From Terriglobales bacterium (GTDB lineage: Bacteria > Acidobacteriota > Terriglobia > Terriglobales > Acidobacteriaceae): 64,000 nucleotides of DNA. Location of the stretch: the NCBI GenBank assembly GCA_049592035.1, contig JBAWFQ010000127.1, positions 68-64,067 on the forward strand, given 5' to 3'. The translations under genes were made by a program, and so were the position numbers. Below the pieces are notes generated by a model that saw nothing but the letters and a program-made list of their open reading frames with translations, searched no databases and was not told the origin of the DNA. Positions within the stretch are counted from its first letter, which is position 1. Each line of letters begins with the position of its first letter. Shown here in pieces: positions 8,518 to 17,752 of the stretch.

Positions 8518-10905
8518 TTAGTGTCCTGTGCCCCGCAGGTACACATATTGGGGATTGCCGTTGGTTACTACTCCCCCGCTTGTTTCCTGCGTGTAATCAA
8601 TGGTGAGCAGTCCGGACTCGAATCCCGTGCCGGTAGGCGTGAAGTTTACGCTGACGGTGCAACTGTCGCCCGGAGCCAGGGTTGCGGGGCAAGTGTCGCC
8701 GCCAGGCGGAATAGAGTAGTTGCCCGTCACCCCTATCGTGCCCACGAAAGTTACGGTCAGTGGGCTCGCCAGGTTAGGGTCGTTGAGAAGCGTAATGGTC
8801 GGGGAGCTGCTCGAGCCCAGAGTGCCAAAATCCAGGCCGGCGCTGGGAGACATTCGCAGCGGGCTGGGTTCATTCGCTTTCAACTCCACTGGAAAGCGTC
8901 CGCTATCGATTTCGCATGGATTGGAAGGAGACGGAGCAGTACCAACCGGCCAACACTCCAACGTGTTCAGCTCTAGGAAATAATCCAAGCCACTGTTTTG
9001 GTCGGTGTTGGGCTGCGGCACATAGGTCATCTGCAGGCTGCAACTTGCCTGAGGAGCGAGCAAGGCGCCGGTGCAGGTGTCAGACGAGATCTGAAAGTTG
9101 GGGAGTAAAGTGCCGGGATCGCTGTCGCAGCTGTACTCGATGGTATTACCGTCAGCACTGATGGAAAATGGAACGCCCGGTGAGCTGCCCAGTACCTGCA
9201 GTCCGGCAACCGGGCTGCTTTCCGTCAGCGGGCGTGGGAGCTTGAGCGGAGCCGGCTTGCCGTTTATATAGGGGTTCATGCAAGGCGCTGCGCTCAGGAT
9301 CTGCACCGGATTCGCACTGTAGTTGGTGAAGGAGAGGGACTGAGGCTGACTGGCTTCCGCGGGATTCGACTGGTTTTCGGCGCCGAAATCGAGTTCGGGA
9401 GTGGAGGGTTGGATGGCGCTCAGGCCGACGCCAGAAATGGGCGCCGCGAACGTCGTGACATGGTCCGGGTTGGTGTCGCCGGGAACGGCCACTTGCACCA
9501 AAAAGTTCCGAAGAGTTAACGGGCAAAACTCCGGCGCAGCTCCCGTGGAGGACGGCGGACTTTGGTTGGGCAGCCAAGGGCAGCTTTCTTGCGGGGAAAA
9601 GGTCACGGTGATGGCGCAAGACTGGCCAGAAGCGAGATCGAAAGGTTGTCCATTCGAAGAAGCGCCTCCTGGGCCACAGGCGTCGGTCTCGGTGAAACTG
9701 GGCAAACCGGTGAAATCGCTGGAGCCGACGAAGGAATATGAGTTGTCATCAGCAAACGTCGAGGTCAGACTGCTCAGAGTAGAGCTGGAATTGTTTGTGA
9801 GGGTGACTGTCTGCGCCGTCGAGGGCGATACCAACAGCTGAGCAGGAAAGGTGACAGTGGCCGGGGACAGCGTGATCGGTTGCTGGCAAGTGGTGGTGCT
9901 GTTCAACGCCAGACAGATGGCGCCAGCGTCTCCTGCGCCACTGGCACTACTGAGATTGCCGGGGCAGGAACTGCTGGCCACGATGTAGGAAGGCTTGGTC
10001 CCCTGCAGAATGTAACCGCCCGTTGCGGAGATGAAGGTCACGGGATTAATGCCAGTCGGCGAACCGGCCGGTTCGCCACTTTGACCGATCACTGCCCCGT
10101 TCGTCCCGATGACTTGCAGAATGACGGAGTCGCCGCTGATTTGGCCGTTCACGGACGCAGCCGAGAAACAAGGGTAATTTGAAAAGCGCAAAATGCCGGC
10201 GATGGTCGCGTTGCTGGCTCCGATGTTCTCGCCCTGTGTGAATGTGCCCGACACCAGAAAATCTTGATTGGCCAGGCCGGAGGCTCCGCCGGTGCTATGA
10301 AAGCTCCCTGTAATGGCTCCTGTTAGCGGAGGCACCAGGTTGGCCTGCCATTGCTGCGGCCCCGATTCGCTGGTTCCAATTCCGCAAACCGTACCATCGG
10401 GCGCGGTACCCTGGGTTGCCGTATAGGTGCCCGACATCGTCGAGCCATCCGAACTCACGGAACCGTTGGTAAAGGTAAAGGTCTGTGTACCGGCTACCGC
10501 AGTGAAGCTAACGGTCGAGCCGGTCATGGTTCCCGTGATCGCAGCCGACCCAGCGTTGCACACTTGTGCGACGTTTTGGCTGTTTAAGTTGGAGACAGAG
10601 TAAACGGCTTGTCCCGCGACCGAGCCGTTGGTTTGCAGCAGGAACCCGCCCTGCAGGCCGTAGAGCTGATTGGCAGGATACTTGGGATCGGGGTTTTGGA
10701 AGACCGTGAACTGCCAGTTGCCGGAAAGTGTTCCGCTCGGCTGCGAGCCGCCCGATGCGCCGCTGCCACCGCACGCGGAAAGCATCATCGCTATCGCTAT
10801 TACTGTGGCAGCGACGAGCAAAAGTCGCGGATACTTTGCGTGCTGCAGCCGAGGCACGGCGCGATGTGCGCGGCACGACATTCGATGTTTAGTTAGTCTC
10901 TGCAT
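8518..10905 (-). CDS. Lipoprotein B (paralog of lipoprotein A at its N-terminus, plus at least three choice-of-anchor-D/ASH-like beta-sandwich modules)
   Basis: Lipobox AMMLSAC|GG. SGNWQFTVFQN...GLQGGFLLQTNGS aligns with 10889-12388. C-terminal modules such as LDFGTLGSSSSPTITLLNDPN...CPATLAPGDSCTVSVNFTPTGTGFESGLLTIDY. The start overlaps the upstream stop by 17 nt (alternative start at 10881). Confidence 0.75.
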   Translation of the reverse strand: MQRLTKHRMSCRAHRAVPRLQHAKYPRLLLVAATVIAIAMMLSACGGSGASGGSQPSGTLSGNWQFTVFQNPDPKYPANQLYGLQGGFLLQTNGSVAGQAVYSVSNLNSQNVAQVCNAGSAAITGTMTGSTVSFTAVAGTQTFTFTNGSVSSDGSTMSGTYTATQGTAPDGTVCGIGTSESGPQQWQANLVPPLTGAITGSFHSTGGASGLANQDFLVSGTFTQGENIGASNATIAGILRFSNYPCFSAASVNGQISGDSVILQVIGTNGAVIGQSGEPAGSPTGINPVTFISATGGYILQGTKPSYIVASSSCPGNLSSASGAGDAGAICLALNSTTTCQQPITLSPATVTFPAQLLVSPSTAQTVTLTNNSSSTLSSLTSTFADDNSYSFVGSSDFTGLPSFTETDACGPGGASSNGQPFDLASGQSCAITVTFSPQESCPWLPNQSPPSSTGAAPEFCPLTLRNFLVQVAVPGDTNPDHVTTFAAPISGVGLSAIQPSTPELDFGAENQSNPAEASQPQSLSFTNYSANPVQILSAAPCMNPYINGKPAPLKLPRPLTESSPVAGLQVLGSSPGVPFSISADGNTIEYSCDSDPGTLLPNFQISSDTCTGALLAPQASCSLQMTYVPQPNTDQNSGLDYFLELNTLECWPVGTAPSPSNPCEIDSGRFPVELKANEPSPLRMSPSAGLDFGTLGSSSSPTITLLNDPNLASPLTVTFVGTIGVTGNYSIPPGGDTCPATLAPGDSCTVSVNFTPTGTGFESGLLTIDYTQETSGGVVTNGNPQYVYLRGTGH

Positions 10906-12388
10906 GGTGATTCGCGTCCTGAAAAATGCGATTGATGGAACTCCGCGATGCGCCCTCGCCGGTCACTGTGCCGGTGATGGGCACGGTAAAGACGTTATCG
11001 TTGTCCGCGGTCACGGGGCTGGTAACGGTCAGGGTTGCGGTCAGCGGGGATGAGCACTGCGCTCCGCATTGCGGAGCGAAGGTGATAGTGATGACGCACG
11101 AACCGCCTGATGCGAGTGAGAACGGCTCTCCCTGCGCGGGAAGTCCGCCGGAGCCACAATTATCTGTCTCGGTAAAATTGTTTGCGGTTGCGGGGATGTT
11201 GGCAAACGTGAACGTCAAACCGCTCAGCGAGCCGCCGGAGGAGTTTGCCAGGGTGACCGCCTGCGTCGAAGTGGCGGCTGGGGGCGGCGGGGGATAGGTT
11301 AAGGTTACGGCTGCCGGAACCAGAGTGATTGGTTCCTGGCACGCGTTCGCGCTTCCCAATGGAATTCCCACTGAAAGACAGATATCTCCGTAATCTCCGG
11401 CAGTAGTTATGCTGTTAGTGTTACCGGGACAGGAGTTAGTTGCAACTAAGTAAGATGGCCCGACGGAATGCAGGATGTAGCCGCCCAGCGCAGACTCATA
11501 GGTCACGGGATTCAGTCCTGTAACTCCGTAGGAACTGGCGGGTTCGCCGATCTCGCCTATGGTGGATTGGTCAGGTCCCAGCATTTCGAGCGTAACGGAG
11601 TTGCCGCTGATTTGGCCGTAGACGGACGCGGTGGCGAAACACGGGTAGTCGCTGGCGTTCGTCCCCGGCTCGGTAAAACTCAAAGTGCCGGAGACGGTGG
11701 CGTTGCTGGCTCCGGTGTTCTGCGCTTGAGTGAGAGAACCGGAGACCAGAAAATCCCGATTGGTAAGGCCCGCAGCGCCGCCCGTGCTGTGGAAACTCCC
11801 CTGAATGTTTCCGGTGATCGGCGGCACTAGAACTGCGCTCCATTGCAAGCCGGTTTGGGCGGTTCCGCACGGTGCACCGTCGCCTGACGTGCCGGCGGTC
11901 GAAGTGTAGGTACCAGCGATCGTCGAATCATCAAAACTTTCGATCCCTGTAAGAGTAAAAGTTTGCGTGCCCGCTACTGCAGTGATGGCCCACTGGCTCT
12001 GGTTGCCGTTGATTGTCGTGCTCGATCCGGTGATGACAGCGTTTCCGATGTTGCACGGGATGAGGAGCCCGGGCAAGAAAACAGCGTAGGTTGCGCCTCC
12101 CGTCAGCGAGGTGCCGTTCTGAAGTAGAAAGCCTCCTTGCAGGCCGCCGTTGAACGAACCGTCGCCGGGGGGCGCCATCGTAAACTGCCAGTTGCCCGAG
12201 AGCGAAAGCTGGATTTGGCCGCCGCCGGAAGACGAGCCTCCGCAACCGGCAAGTATCAGCGTGGCGGCCAGCAGCACCAGCACAAGACTTGTCGCGCACG
12301 GTCCGCAAAGCCCAGGCGGATTACATTGTGCTCGATCTTTGGTCAATGTCTCCATACATGCCATTTCCTGGAAGCTCGCTGGGAACAT
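10889..12388 (-). CDS. Lipoprotein A (paralog of the N-terminal ~390 aa of lipoprotein B, plus one ASH-like module)
   Basis: Lipobox TLILAGC|GG. LSGNWQFTMAPPG...GLQGGFLLQNGTS, TGNIQGSFHSTGGAAGLTNRDFLVSG and YPCFATASVYGQISGNSVTL are collinear with lipoprotein B. P5 linker. The start may be ATG 12355. Confidence 0.75.
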   Translation of the reverse strand: MFPASFQEMACMETLTKDRAQCNPPGLCGPCATSLVLVLLAATLILAGCGGSSSGGGQIQLSLSGNWQFTMAPPGDGSFNGGLQGGFLLQNGTSLTGGATYAVFLPGLLIPCNIGNAVITGSSTTINGNQSQWAITAVAGTQTFTLTGIESFDDSTIAGTYTSTAGTSGDGAPCGTAQTGLQWSAVLVPPITGNIQGSFHSTGGAAGLTNRDFLVSGSLTQAQNTGASNATVSGTLSFTEPGTNASDYPCFATASVYGQISGNSVTLEMLGPDQSTIGEIGEPASSYGVTGLNPVTYESALGGYILHSVGPSYLVATNSCPGNTNSITTAGDYGDICLSVGIPLGSANACQEPITLVPAAVTLTYPPPPPAATSTQAVTLANSSGGSLSGLTFTFANIPATANNFTETDNCGSGGLPAQGEPFSLASGGSCVITITFAPQCGAQCSSPLTATLTVTSPVTADNDNVFTVPITGTVTGEGASRSSINRIFQDANHHAETN

Positions 12389-12452
12389 TTGTTTCTCAGC
12401 GAGCCACGCAAAAGCACGTTAGCAAAACGCGATTACTAATAATCAAGCCATG

Positions 12453-12518
12453 CAAAATCAGGTTACTCAACGTCGAGTTATCTAAGATCGAGTTACCAAA
12501 ATCAAACCTCACAAAATC
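12453..12518. repeat. Cluster of short direct/inverted repeats between the barrel gene and lipoprotein A
   Basis: caaaatc three times (12453, 12497, 12512). tcgagtta twice, 15 nt apart (12474-12496), with an inverted variant ggttactc at 12461. Confidence 0.4.
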
Positions 12519-12546
12519 GATTGCAAGGGGCGCTTTCTGCAGTGCA

Positions 12547-15500
12547 CTAGAAACCTAGTTTTAGACCAAACTGTATTGTCCTGGGCCGATGGGCATCAAG
12601 CGGGTGCAAGAAAGACGCACCGGTGACGCAATCGGCTCCGCTGCCTTTGAACCCGGCGGAATATACGGGACCGGCGTAGCAACTGATAGCGTTATTTCCA
12701 GTGCTGCCTGGGTTGTCGAAATCGTAGACGCGAAACTGAGTGTGATTAAAAATGTTGAAAGCCTCAGCACGAAACTCAAGTTGGCCGGACTCGCGAATCT
12801 GGAAATGCTTGAGCAGCGCCATGTCGAAGTTGGTGCGCCGTGGATTATTGAGGAAGTTGCGTCCGGCGTCGCCGAAAGTGAGCCCGCGCGGAGCCACAAA
12901 CTCGGAAGGATTGCCGATGAGCGGGCCAAAGCTTCGGGAGTTATTGCCCGGCGAGGGCAGTATCTTCATCACGTCGGGATAGGATGCAGCTACGCCGAGG
13001 CCGCTGGAAACTCCTGCATTGTCGGTGAGGGAGATGCCGGTGTTTCCGGTGCTGTTGATCACCGTGAAGGGGATACCCGACTGAAACAGAGTTACCCCCG
13101 AAAGCTCCCAGCCGTCGAGGATCTCGTTGGATAACTTGGAGCAACAGTTTTGTTTGGGCGCGGCAGCGGGATCTTGCGGGCCGCGCTCCTCGATCACGTC
13201 GATGAAGTTGCGCGGAAAATTCTTGAGCGGCAGCTTATAGACGTAATTGATGTTGGCAAGATGACGTACGTCGAAACTGGAGCTGGCTTTGTTCTCGCGC
13301 AGATCGTACGAATCGACCAGGATGGGCTCGCTGCGGTCGGAAGCGTCGTCCAAGGAATGGCTGTAGGAGTAGGAGGCGCCGAGAGTGAGCGGCCCGCTGG
13401 TGTGCCGAACCGTGGTCTGCATGGCGTGGTAGGTGGAATCGGCCACGTTCTGCAACGAGAGAACTCTTCCCAAGCCTGGATAGGGATGCATCGGCACCCT
13501 GGAACCGTTGGGTAATAGTTGAGTCAGAGAATTGACGTTCGGAATGTTTGGATTCGTGCACGCCGCCTGCAAATATACGTATGCGGGGTCCGTAGGCGTC
13601 ACTTGCGTTCCATTCGCGAGTTGGAACGGATGAGTGCCGTCCCCGGGAGCGTCTCCGGGGGACCCTGCGATCCCGCTCGGAAGAATGGTGCAGTCGGTGA
13701 TGGTCAGCGGCTCGTTCGGTCCGAAGGGATTTTCGCTGGCTGGCAACGGATGCAACTGGTTGAGCTGACGCTCGACCGTCAAATGAGTACCTTTGCTGCC
13801 GACATAAGCGATGTTGACCACAAAGGAGTGGGACAATTCCCGCTGCACGCCGAAACTCCACTGCTGGGCGTAGGGCCAAGTCGCTTTGGTGGGGATGGAA
13901 GTTACATCGAGCGGGAAGACAGACCCTGCCGGGGGCGGGGTTCCACCCACAGAGCTCGCACACGCGGCGTTGGTCGGATCAAACGCTGACCCGTAGCCGA
14001 CGTTACCAATGCAGGGGTAACTGACGGGAAGTTGCTGGGTCATGCTGAGCACCACCGGAGCGCTCGCTTCCAGCGATCCCGTGTTGGCTTCGTTGCCGGT
14101 GCCATGCTCGAAAAAGATGCCATAGCCGCCGCGGATGGAGGTCTTGCCATCGCCCCATGGATCCCAGGCAAAACCAATTCGCGGCGCGGGATTGAAGAGA
14201 TGACCTTTCATGCAACTGGCGGGCGTGCCGTTGAAACCGCACTGCACCAGGCCCAGGGCGCTGATTACGTCAGAGGGTATCTGGAATGTGACAGGATTGA
14301 ACGCTACTGGAGCCGAGCCGGCACTTTTATCGAGGAGCTCGCCATAAATTGGGTCGACCGCAAATCGCGTGGCGTTGAATCGGGATGCTTCCCAGTTCCA
14401 CGCGTTGCGGTTCTTCTCGCTGTAAGTGCCAAACAGACTCATTCGCAAACCTAGGTTCAGAGTAAGCCGGTGAGTTATCTTCCAGTCATCCTGGAAATAG
14501 GGCTCGGCGATCTGGAAACGCTGATAGTAGCGATGGTTGGCGGAATCCTGAGTGAAGCTTTGGATGAATCCCTGGGGATTGCCTTGGGGATTGGCGTCGG
14601 ATTCAAGCAGGAAATCGGCAAAGGCGTTTCCCGTGCTGTGCGTGAGATTGCTGAAGGTCAGCAGGCCCTGCGTATCGCCCGAAGCGGCGCCGATGGCGTT
14701 GTTGTTTTGATTGCGCTGGTAGTACACGTATTGCGCGCCGAATTGCAGCGTGTGCCTGCCGAAGGCCTTCCCGATGTCGTCGCGCACGGAGTAGGTTGGA
14801 TCGCTGTGGCCCCAGGGCATGTAGGAGGGATCGGCGGCAAAGCCGCGGCCGCCGTAGGCGGCATTGGTTCCGAGGAAAGCGACTCCAGGCATCTTGCCGC
14901 CGAAACCATTGTTGAAAATGTATCCGATGGCGCATTCCGGAAAACCGGTAACCGGGCTCACGCTGATCGCGGGGTTACATTGATTTTGCTCGTTAGCGGG
15001 GAGCGACTTGTCAATGACGAGCGGCTGATCGAGAGTGGGATTGCGCTGGAACTGTGCGCCACCCGGTCCGTTTTGGTCGGTCAAAGTAATGCTGGAGTTG
15101 ACGTAGCTGATGACCACATCGTTCAACAGCGTTGACGATATGGTGTTTGTGAAGCGCGCCACCAGGCTGATGCCCGGCCCAGTGAACTGGTTCTGTATGG
15201 TGGGAAACGTCGCCGCCGAGGGTTCGTTGGTGCTCAGGTAGCTCCATTGTGGGTTCAGCACCGTCGTATTCCAGGCGTCGTGGATGTAGCGAAACGAAAG
15301 CTTGAGTTTGTCGGTTAACTGATGGTCGATGTGAAATAATTCCTCGCGCCAGTAAGTGGAGGGAGAAACGGAGGCGTTATAACAGCGGTAAGGGTCGCTC
15401 GGGTCGGGACTGGCGGGATTGTAATTAGCCAGGCTGACGTTGCAGCCAGAAGGGGCGTTCGGCAGGGGGATCAAGTTTGCGTTCAAGATTGCCTGCGCGT

Positions 15501-17166
15501 TCTTGTCGACGCTGACCGATCCCAAGGTGAAGGGGCCTTGCAAATGTATTAGCGGAGCTAGACCGCCGGTTCCCGAGGGCGACACGGACGGGCAGTCGGG
15601 GTACTGCGAACGAAGAAAAGATCCCGTGTTCAAGGGGCACACGTCGCTAAAATCGAAGTCCTGGTAAACCTGACCGTTCGGGCCGGTTTGCAGGTTCTCC
15701 TCAAGCGTTCCAGAAGGCGACAACCTGAGACCGCGCTCTTTCAAGCCGGGCACGGCCTGGTTGTACGGGGTGGGCGTTTTCTCGAGGCGAAATTCTTCGG
15801 AATAGAAAAAATAGGTTTTGTTCTTCTTGGTGTAAATGTGCGGAATGATGAGTGGGCCACCGATCGTACCGCCGAAATCCTGACGGCGATAGAGTGGAGC
15901 TTTCGTCCCAAATGTCTGGCCGGTTGTTTCGCCGGGAGCCGGCGGAATGGTGTAGACGATGTCGAAGTAGTTGCGCGAATTGAACGCTTCGTTGCGAATA
16001 AAGTCGTAGAGGTTTCCGTGCCAGTCGGGAGTTCCAGACTTGGTGGTCACCTGGACCGTACCGGATGCGGTGCGGCCGTACTGAGCGCCGTAGTTGGAAG
16101 TTAGTACCTTCACTTCCTGAATGGCATCGATGCTGGGATAGACGATAAGCGTGGTGGAGGCACCGTTCAGACCGGTATTGAGAACGTCGCTGCCATCGAC
16201 CTCGTAGGAGTTGTACTCGACGCGGCCTCCATTCACGCTGTATTTCACACTGCCCGTCACTCCCACTTTGGCTTCGTCCTGGCCGGTCTGGTTGCTGACG
16301 CCCGGAGTGAGCGCGATGAGTTGCGAGAAATTGCGGCCGTTGAGTCCGATCGACGTTACTTCTTTTTCCGTAATCGTGCCGGAAACGGTGGCGCTTTCTG
16401 TCTCTACCGTTCCCACGCCGCTCGATTCCACGTTGACTTCTTCCGCTTTGGCCTTGGCGGGGACGAGGGGGGCGTCGAGCGTCAGTTCGAGACCGGCAGA
16501 CAGCGTGATGTTGTCAAACGGGAGATCGGCGAAGTTGGGAGCGGTTACGACCAGATTGTAGGTTCCGGGGCCGAGGTTGGTGAACCTGTAGACTCCCTTG
16601 TCATTGACCGAGGTTTCAAGTTTTGCTCCGGCAGCGCTGCTGAGGACGGCTTTGGCATTGGCTACTACGGCCCCGGTCGGGTCAGTCACCGTGCCGTTGA
16701 TGGCGCCCGTGCCGCCGGCAATTTTCTGAACGAGAGGAGCGGCACCTTGTTGCGAGGGTTCGGCGGCAGCCTCCTCGACTGCGGGCTTGGCGCTTGCTGG
16801 CTCTAGAGTGGCGTCAAGCTTCAACTTCTTACCCGGCGTGAGCGTGAAGTCTTCGAAGACGACATCGGCAAAGCCGGGCGCCGAAACGGTTAACGTGTAA
16901 GTCCCCGGGTGAAGCCCGGTGATGGAATATGCGCCCTTATCATCGACGGGAATGGCAAGTCTGGCGCCCAATCTCGCAAGGACGGCTTTCGCCTCGTGCA
17001 CGACGGCGCCAGACTTATCGGTGACCGTGCCGGTAACGCTAGCCTTGGCAGGCGCGGTCTTCGGCTGCTCCTGGCCGACGGCAAGCGACAGCCCGAGAAC
17101 GACGAGCGTCAAGACGCTGAGGACGCGGCAAAAAAACCAAGGCGCAGAGGATGACACACTGATCAC
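12547..17166 (-). CDS. Giant Oar-like TonB-dependent-receptor-type outer-membrane beta-barrel with two tandem N-terminal carboxypeptidase-regulatory-like domains
   Basis: 1539 aa with a signal peptide. Two CarboxypepD_reg-like units (VTGTVTDKSGAVV...YSITGLHPGTYTLTVSAPGF and INGTVTDPTGAVV...YRFTNLGPGTYNLVVTAPNF). Plug-like GTITEKEVTSIGLNGRNFSQLIALTPGV. Long Gly/Asn/Tyr-rich barrel ending ...RPRTIQFGLKLGF. Confidence 0.85.
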   Translation of the reverse strand: MISVSSSAPWFFCRVLSVLTLVVLGLSLAVGQEQPKTAPAKASVTGTVTDKSGAVVHEAKAVLARLGARLAIPVDDKGAYSITGLHPGTYTLTVSAPGFADVVFEDFTLTPGKKLKLDATLEPASAKPAVEEAAAEPSQQGAAPLVQKIAGGTGAINGTVTDPTGAVVANAKAVLSSAAGAKLETSVNDKGVYRFTNLGPGTYNLVVTAPNFADLPFDNITLSAGLELTLDAPLVPAKAKAEEVNVESSGVGTVETESATVSGTITEKEVTSIGLNGRNFSQLIALTPGVSNQTGQDEAKVGVTGSVKYSVNGGRVEYNSYEVDGSDVLNTGLNGASTTLIVYPSIDAIQEVKVLTSNYGAQYGRTASGTVQVTTKSGTPDWHGNLYDFIRNEAFNSRNYFDIVYTIPPAPGETTGQTFGTKAPLYRRQDFGGTIGGPLIIPHIYTKKNKTYFFYSEEFRLEKTPTPYNQAVPGLKERGLRLSPSGTLEENLQTGPNGQVYQDFDFSDVCPLNTGSFLRSQYPDCPSVSPSGTGGLAPLIHLQGPFTLGSVSVDKNAQAILNANLIPLPNAPSGCNVSLANYNPASPDPSDPYRCYNASVSPSTYWREELFHIDHQLTDKLKLSFRYIHDAWNTTVLNPQWSYLSTNEPSAATFPTIQNQFTGPGISLVARFTNTISSTLLNDVVISYVNSSITLTDQNGPGGAQFQRNPTLDQPLVIDKSLPANEQNQCNPAISVSPVTGFPECAIGYIFNNGFGGKMPGVAFLGTNAAYGGRGFAADPSYMPWGHSDPTYSVRDDIGKAFGRHTLQFGAQYVYYQRNQNNNAIGAASGDTQGLLTFSNLTHSTGNAFADFLLESDANPQGNPQGFIQSFTQDSANHRYYQRFQIAEPYFQDDWKITHRLTLNLGLRMSLFGTYSEKNRNAWNWEASRFNATRFAVDPIYGELLDKSAGSAPVAFNPVTFQIPSDVISALGLVQCGFNGTPASCMKGHLFNPAPRIGFAWDPWGDGKTSIRGGYGIFFEHGTGNEANTGSLEASAPVVLSMTQQLPVSYPCIGNVGYGSAFDPTNAACASSVGGTPPPAGSVFPLDVTSIPTKATWPYAQQWSFGVQRELSHSFVVNIAYVGSKGTHLTVERQLNQLHPLPASENPFGPNEPLTITDCTILPSGIAGSPGDAPGDGTHPFQLANGTQVTPTDPAYVYLQAACTNPNIPNVNSLTQLLPNGSRVPMHPYPGLGRVLSLQNVADSTYHAMQTTVRHTSGPLTLGASYSYSHSLDDASDRSEPILVDSYDLRENKASSSFDVRHLANINYVYKLPLKNFPRNFIDVIEERGPQDPAAAPKQNCCSKLSNEILDGWELSGVTLFQSGIPFTVINSTGNTGISLTDNAGVSSGLGVAASYPDVMKILPSPGNNSRSFGPLIGNPSEFVAPRGLTFGDAGRNFLNNPRRTNFDMALLKHFQIRESGQLEFRAEAFNIFNHTQFRVYDFDNPGSTGNNAISCYAGPVYSAGFKGSGADCVTGASFLHPLDAHRPRTIQFGLKLGF

Positions 17167-17508
17167 TCCGAAGCTAAGAAGGTCTTAAGGGTGCAATGGC
17201 AAAGGGGGATTGTATATGGGGGGTCGCGGCTTAACGTTAATAGAATGTTAAATTCTGCCGGGTGTTTCTAACCCGATTTAAGCGACATCGGCATTCGTTG
17301 TTCGAGCCAAGGGCACGCTTCCAATAATGTCAAGTAACAGAATCGACTTACTACATTATTTCCCGAACTCCGCGACCGCCATCGTTTTCAGCGCGTGAGA
17401 CCCGCGACGGGGCAGACGTGGCCGACGGAAAAGTATTGCACTCCTTACGGCCGGACTCCAGCGAAACTGCTGAATTTAGGCAATTTCTTGCACTTGGCAT
17501 TCAAGGAA

Positions 17509-17526
17509 TTTTCATCAACTTGTCAC
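17509..17526 (+). promoter_or_regulatory. Pho-box-like 7+4+7 direct repeat
   Basis: ttttcatcaacttgtcac matches the E. coli Pho-box consensus CTGTCATAAATCTGTCAC at 13 of 18 positions by hand, with 11-bp half-site spacing. It lies in the divergent intergenic region. Confidence 0.3.
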
Positions 17527-17614
17527 ACAGCCTTAACATCGCCCGGCGAGCGAGCAGATAGACTTCGTGCTGCAACTCGAGTTTTGCTGTGACGGGGTGG
17601 TGTGCGCGATCGAT

Positions 17615-17634
17615 ATGTCACGCAATGTCACGCA
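17615..17634 (+). promoter_or_regulatory. Perfect tandem 10-bp direct repeat (ATGTCACGCA x2) containing TGTCAC half-sites
   Basis: atgtcacgcaatgtcacgca lies 119-138 nt upstream of the ATG at 17753. TGTCAC equals the Pho-box core, and direct repeats at about one helical turn are the binding mode of OmpR/PhoB-type regulators. A tagaaa -10-like hexamer lies 14 nt downstream. Confidence 0.4.
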
Positions 17635-17752
17635 CCTGATCCACAGCATAGAAAATGTCGCGGGCTCGGTAGGAGTTTTCTCCCTGCGTGTGGCACTACA
17701 CCACACGTGCAACAGATAGCTTCCAAAAACCATTCAGAGAGGGATCAATACT

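Noticed and set aside
17687-17707. TGGCAC within cgtgtgg-cactaca-ccacacg, considered as a sigma-54 -24 element upstream of the PstS-like gene
   Set aside because: No TTGC -12 element lies at the required 4-5 nt spacing. The sequence is better described as a 7-bp-stem hairpin or inverted repeat of unknown role.
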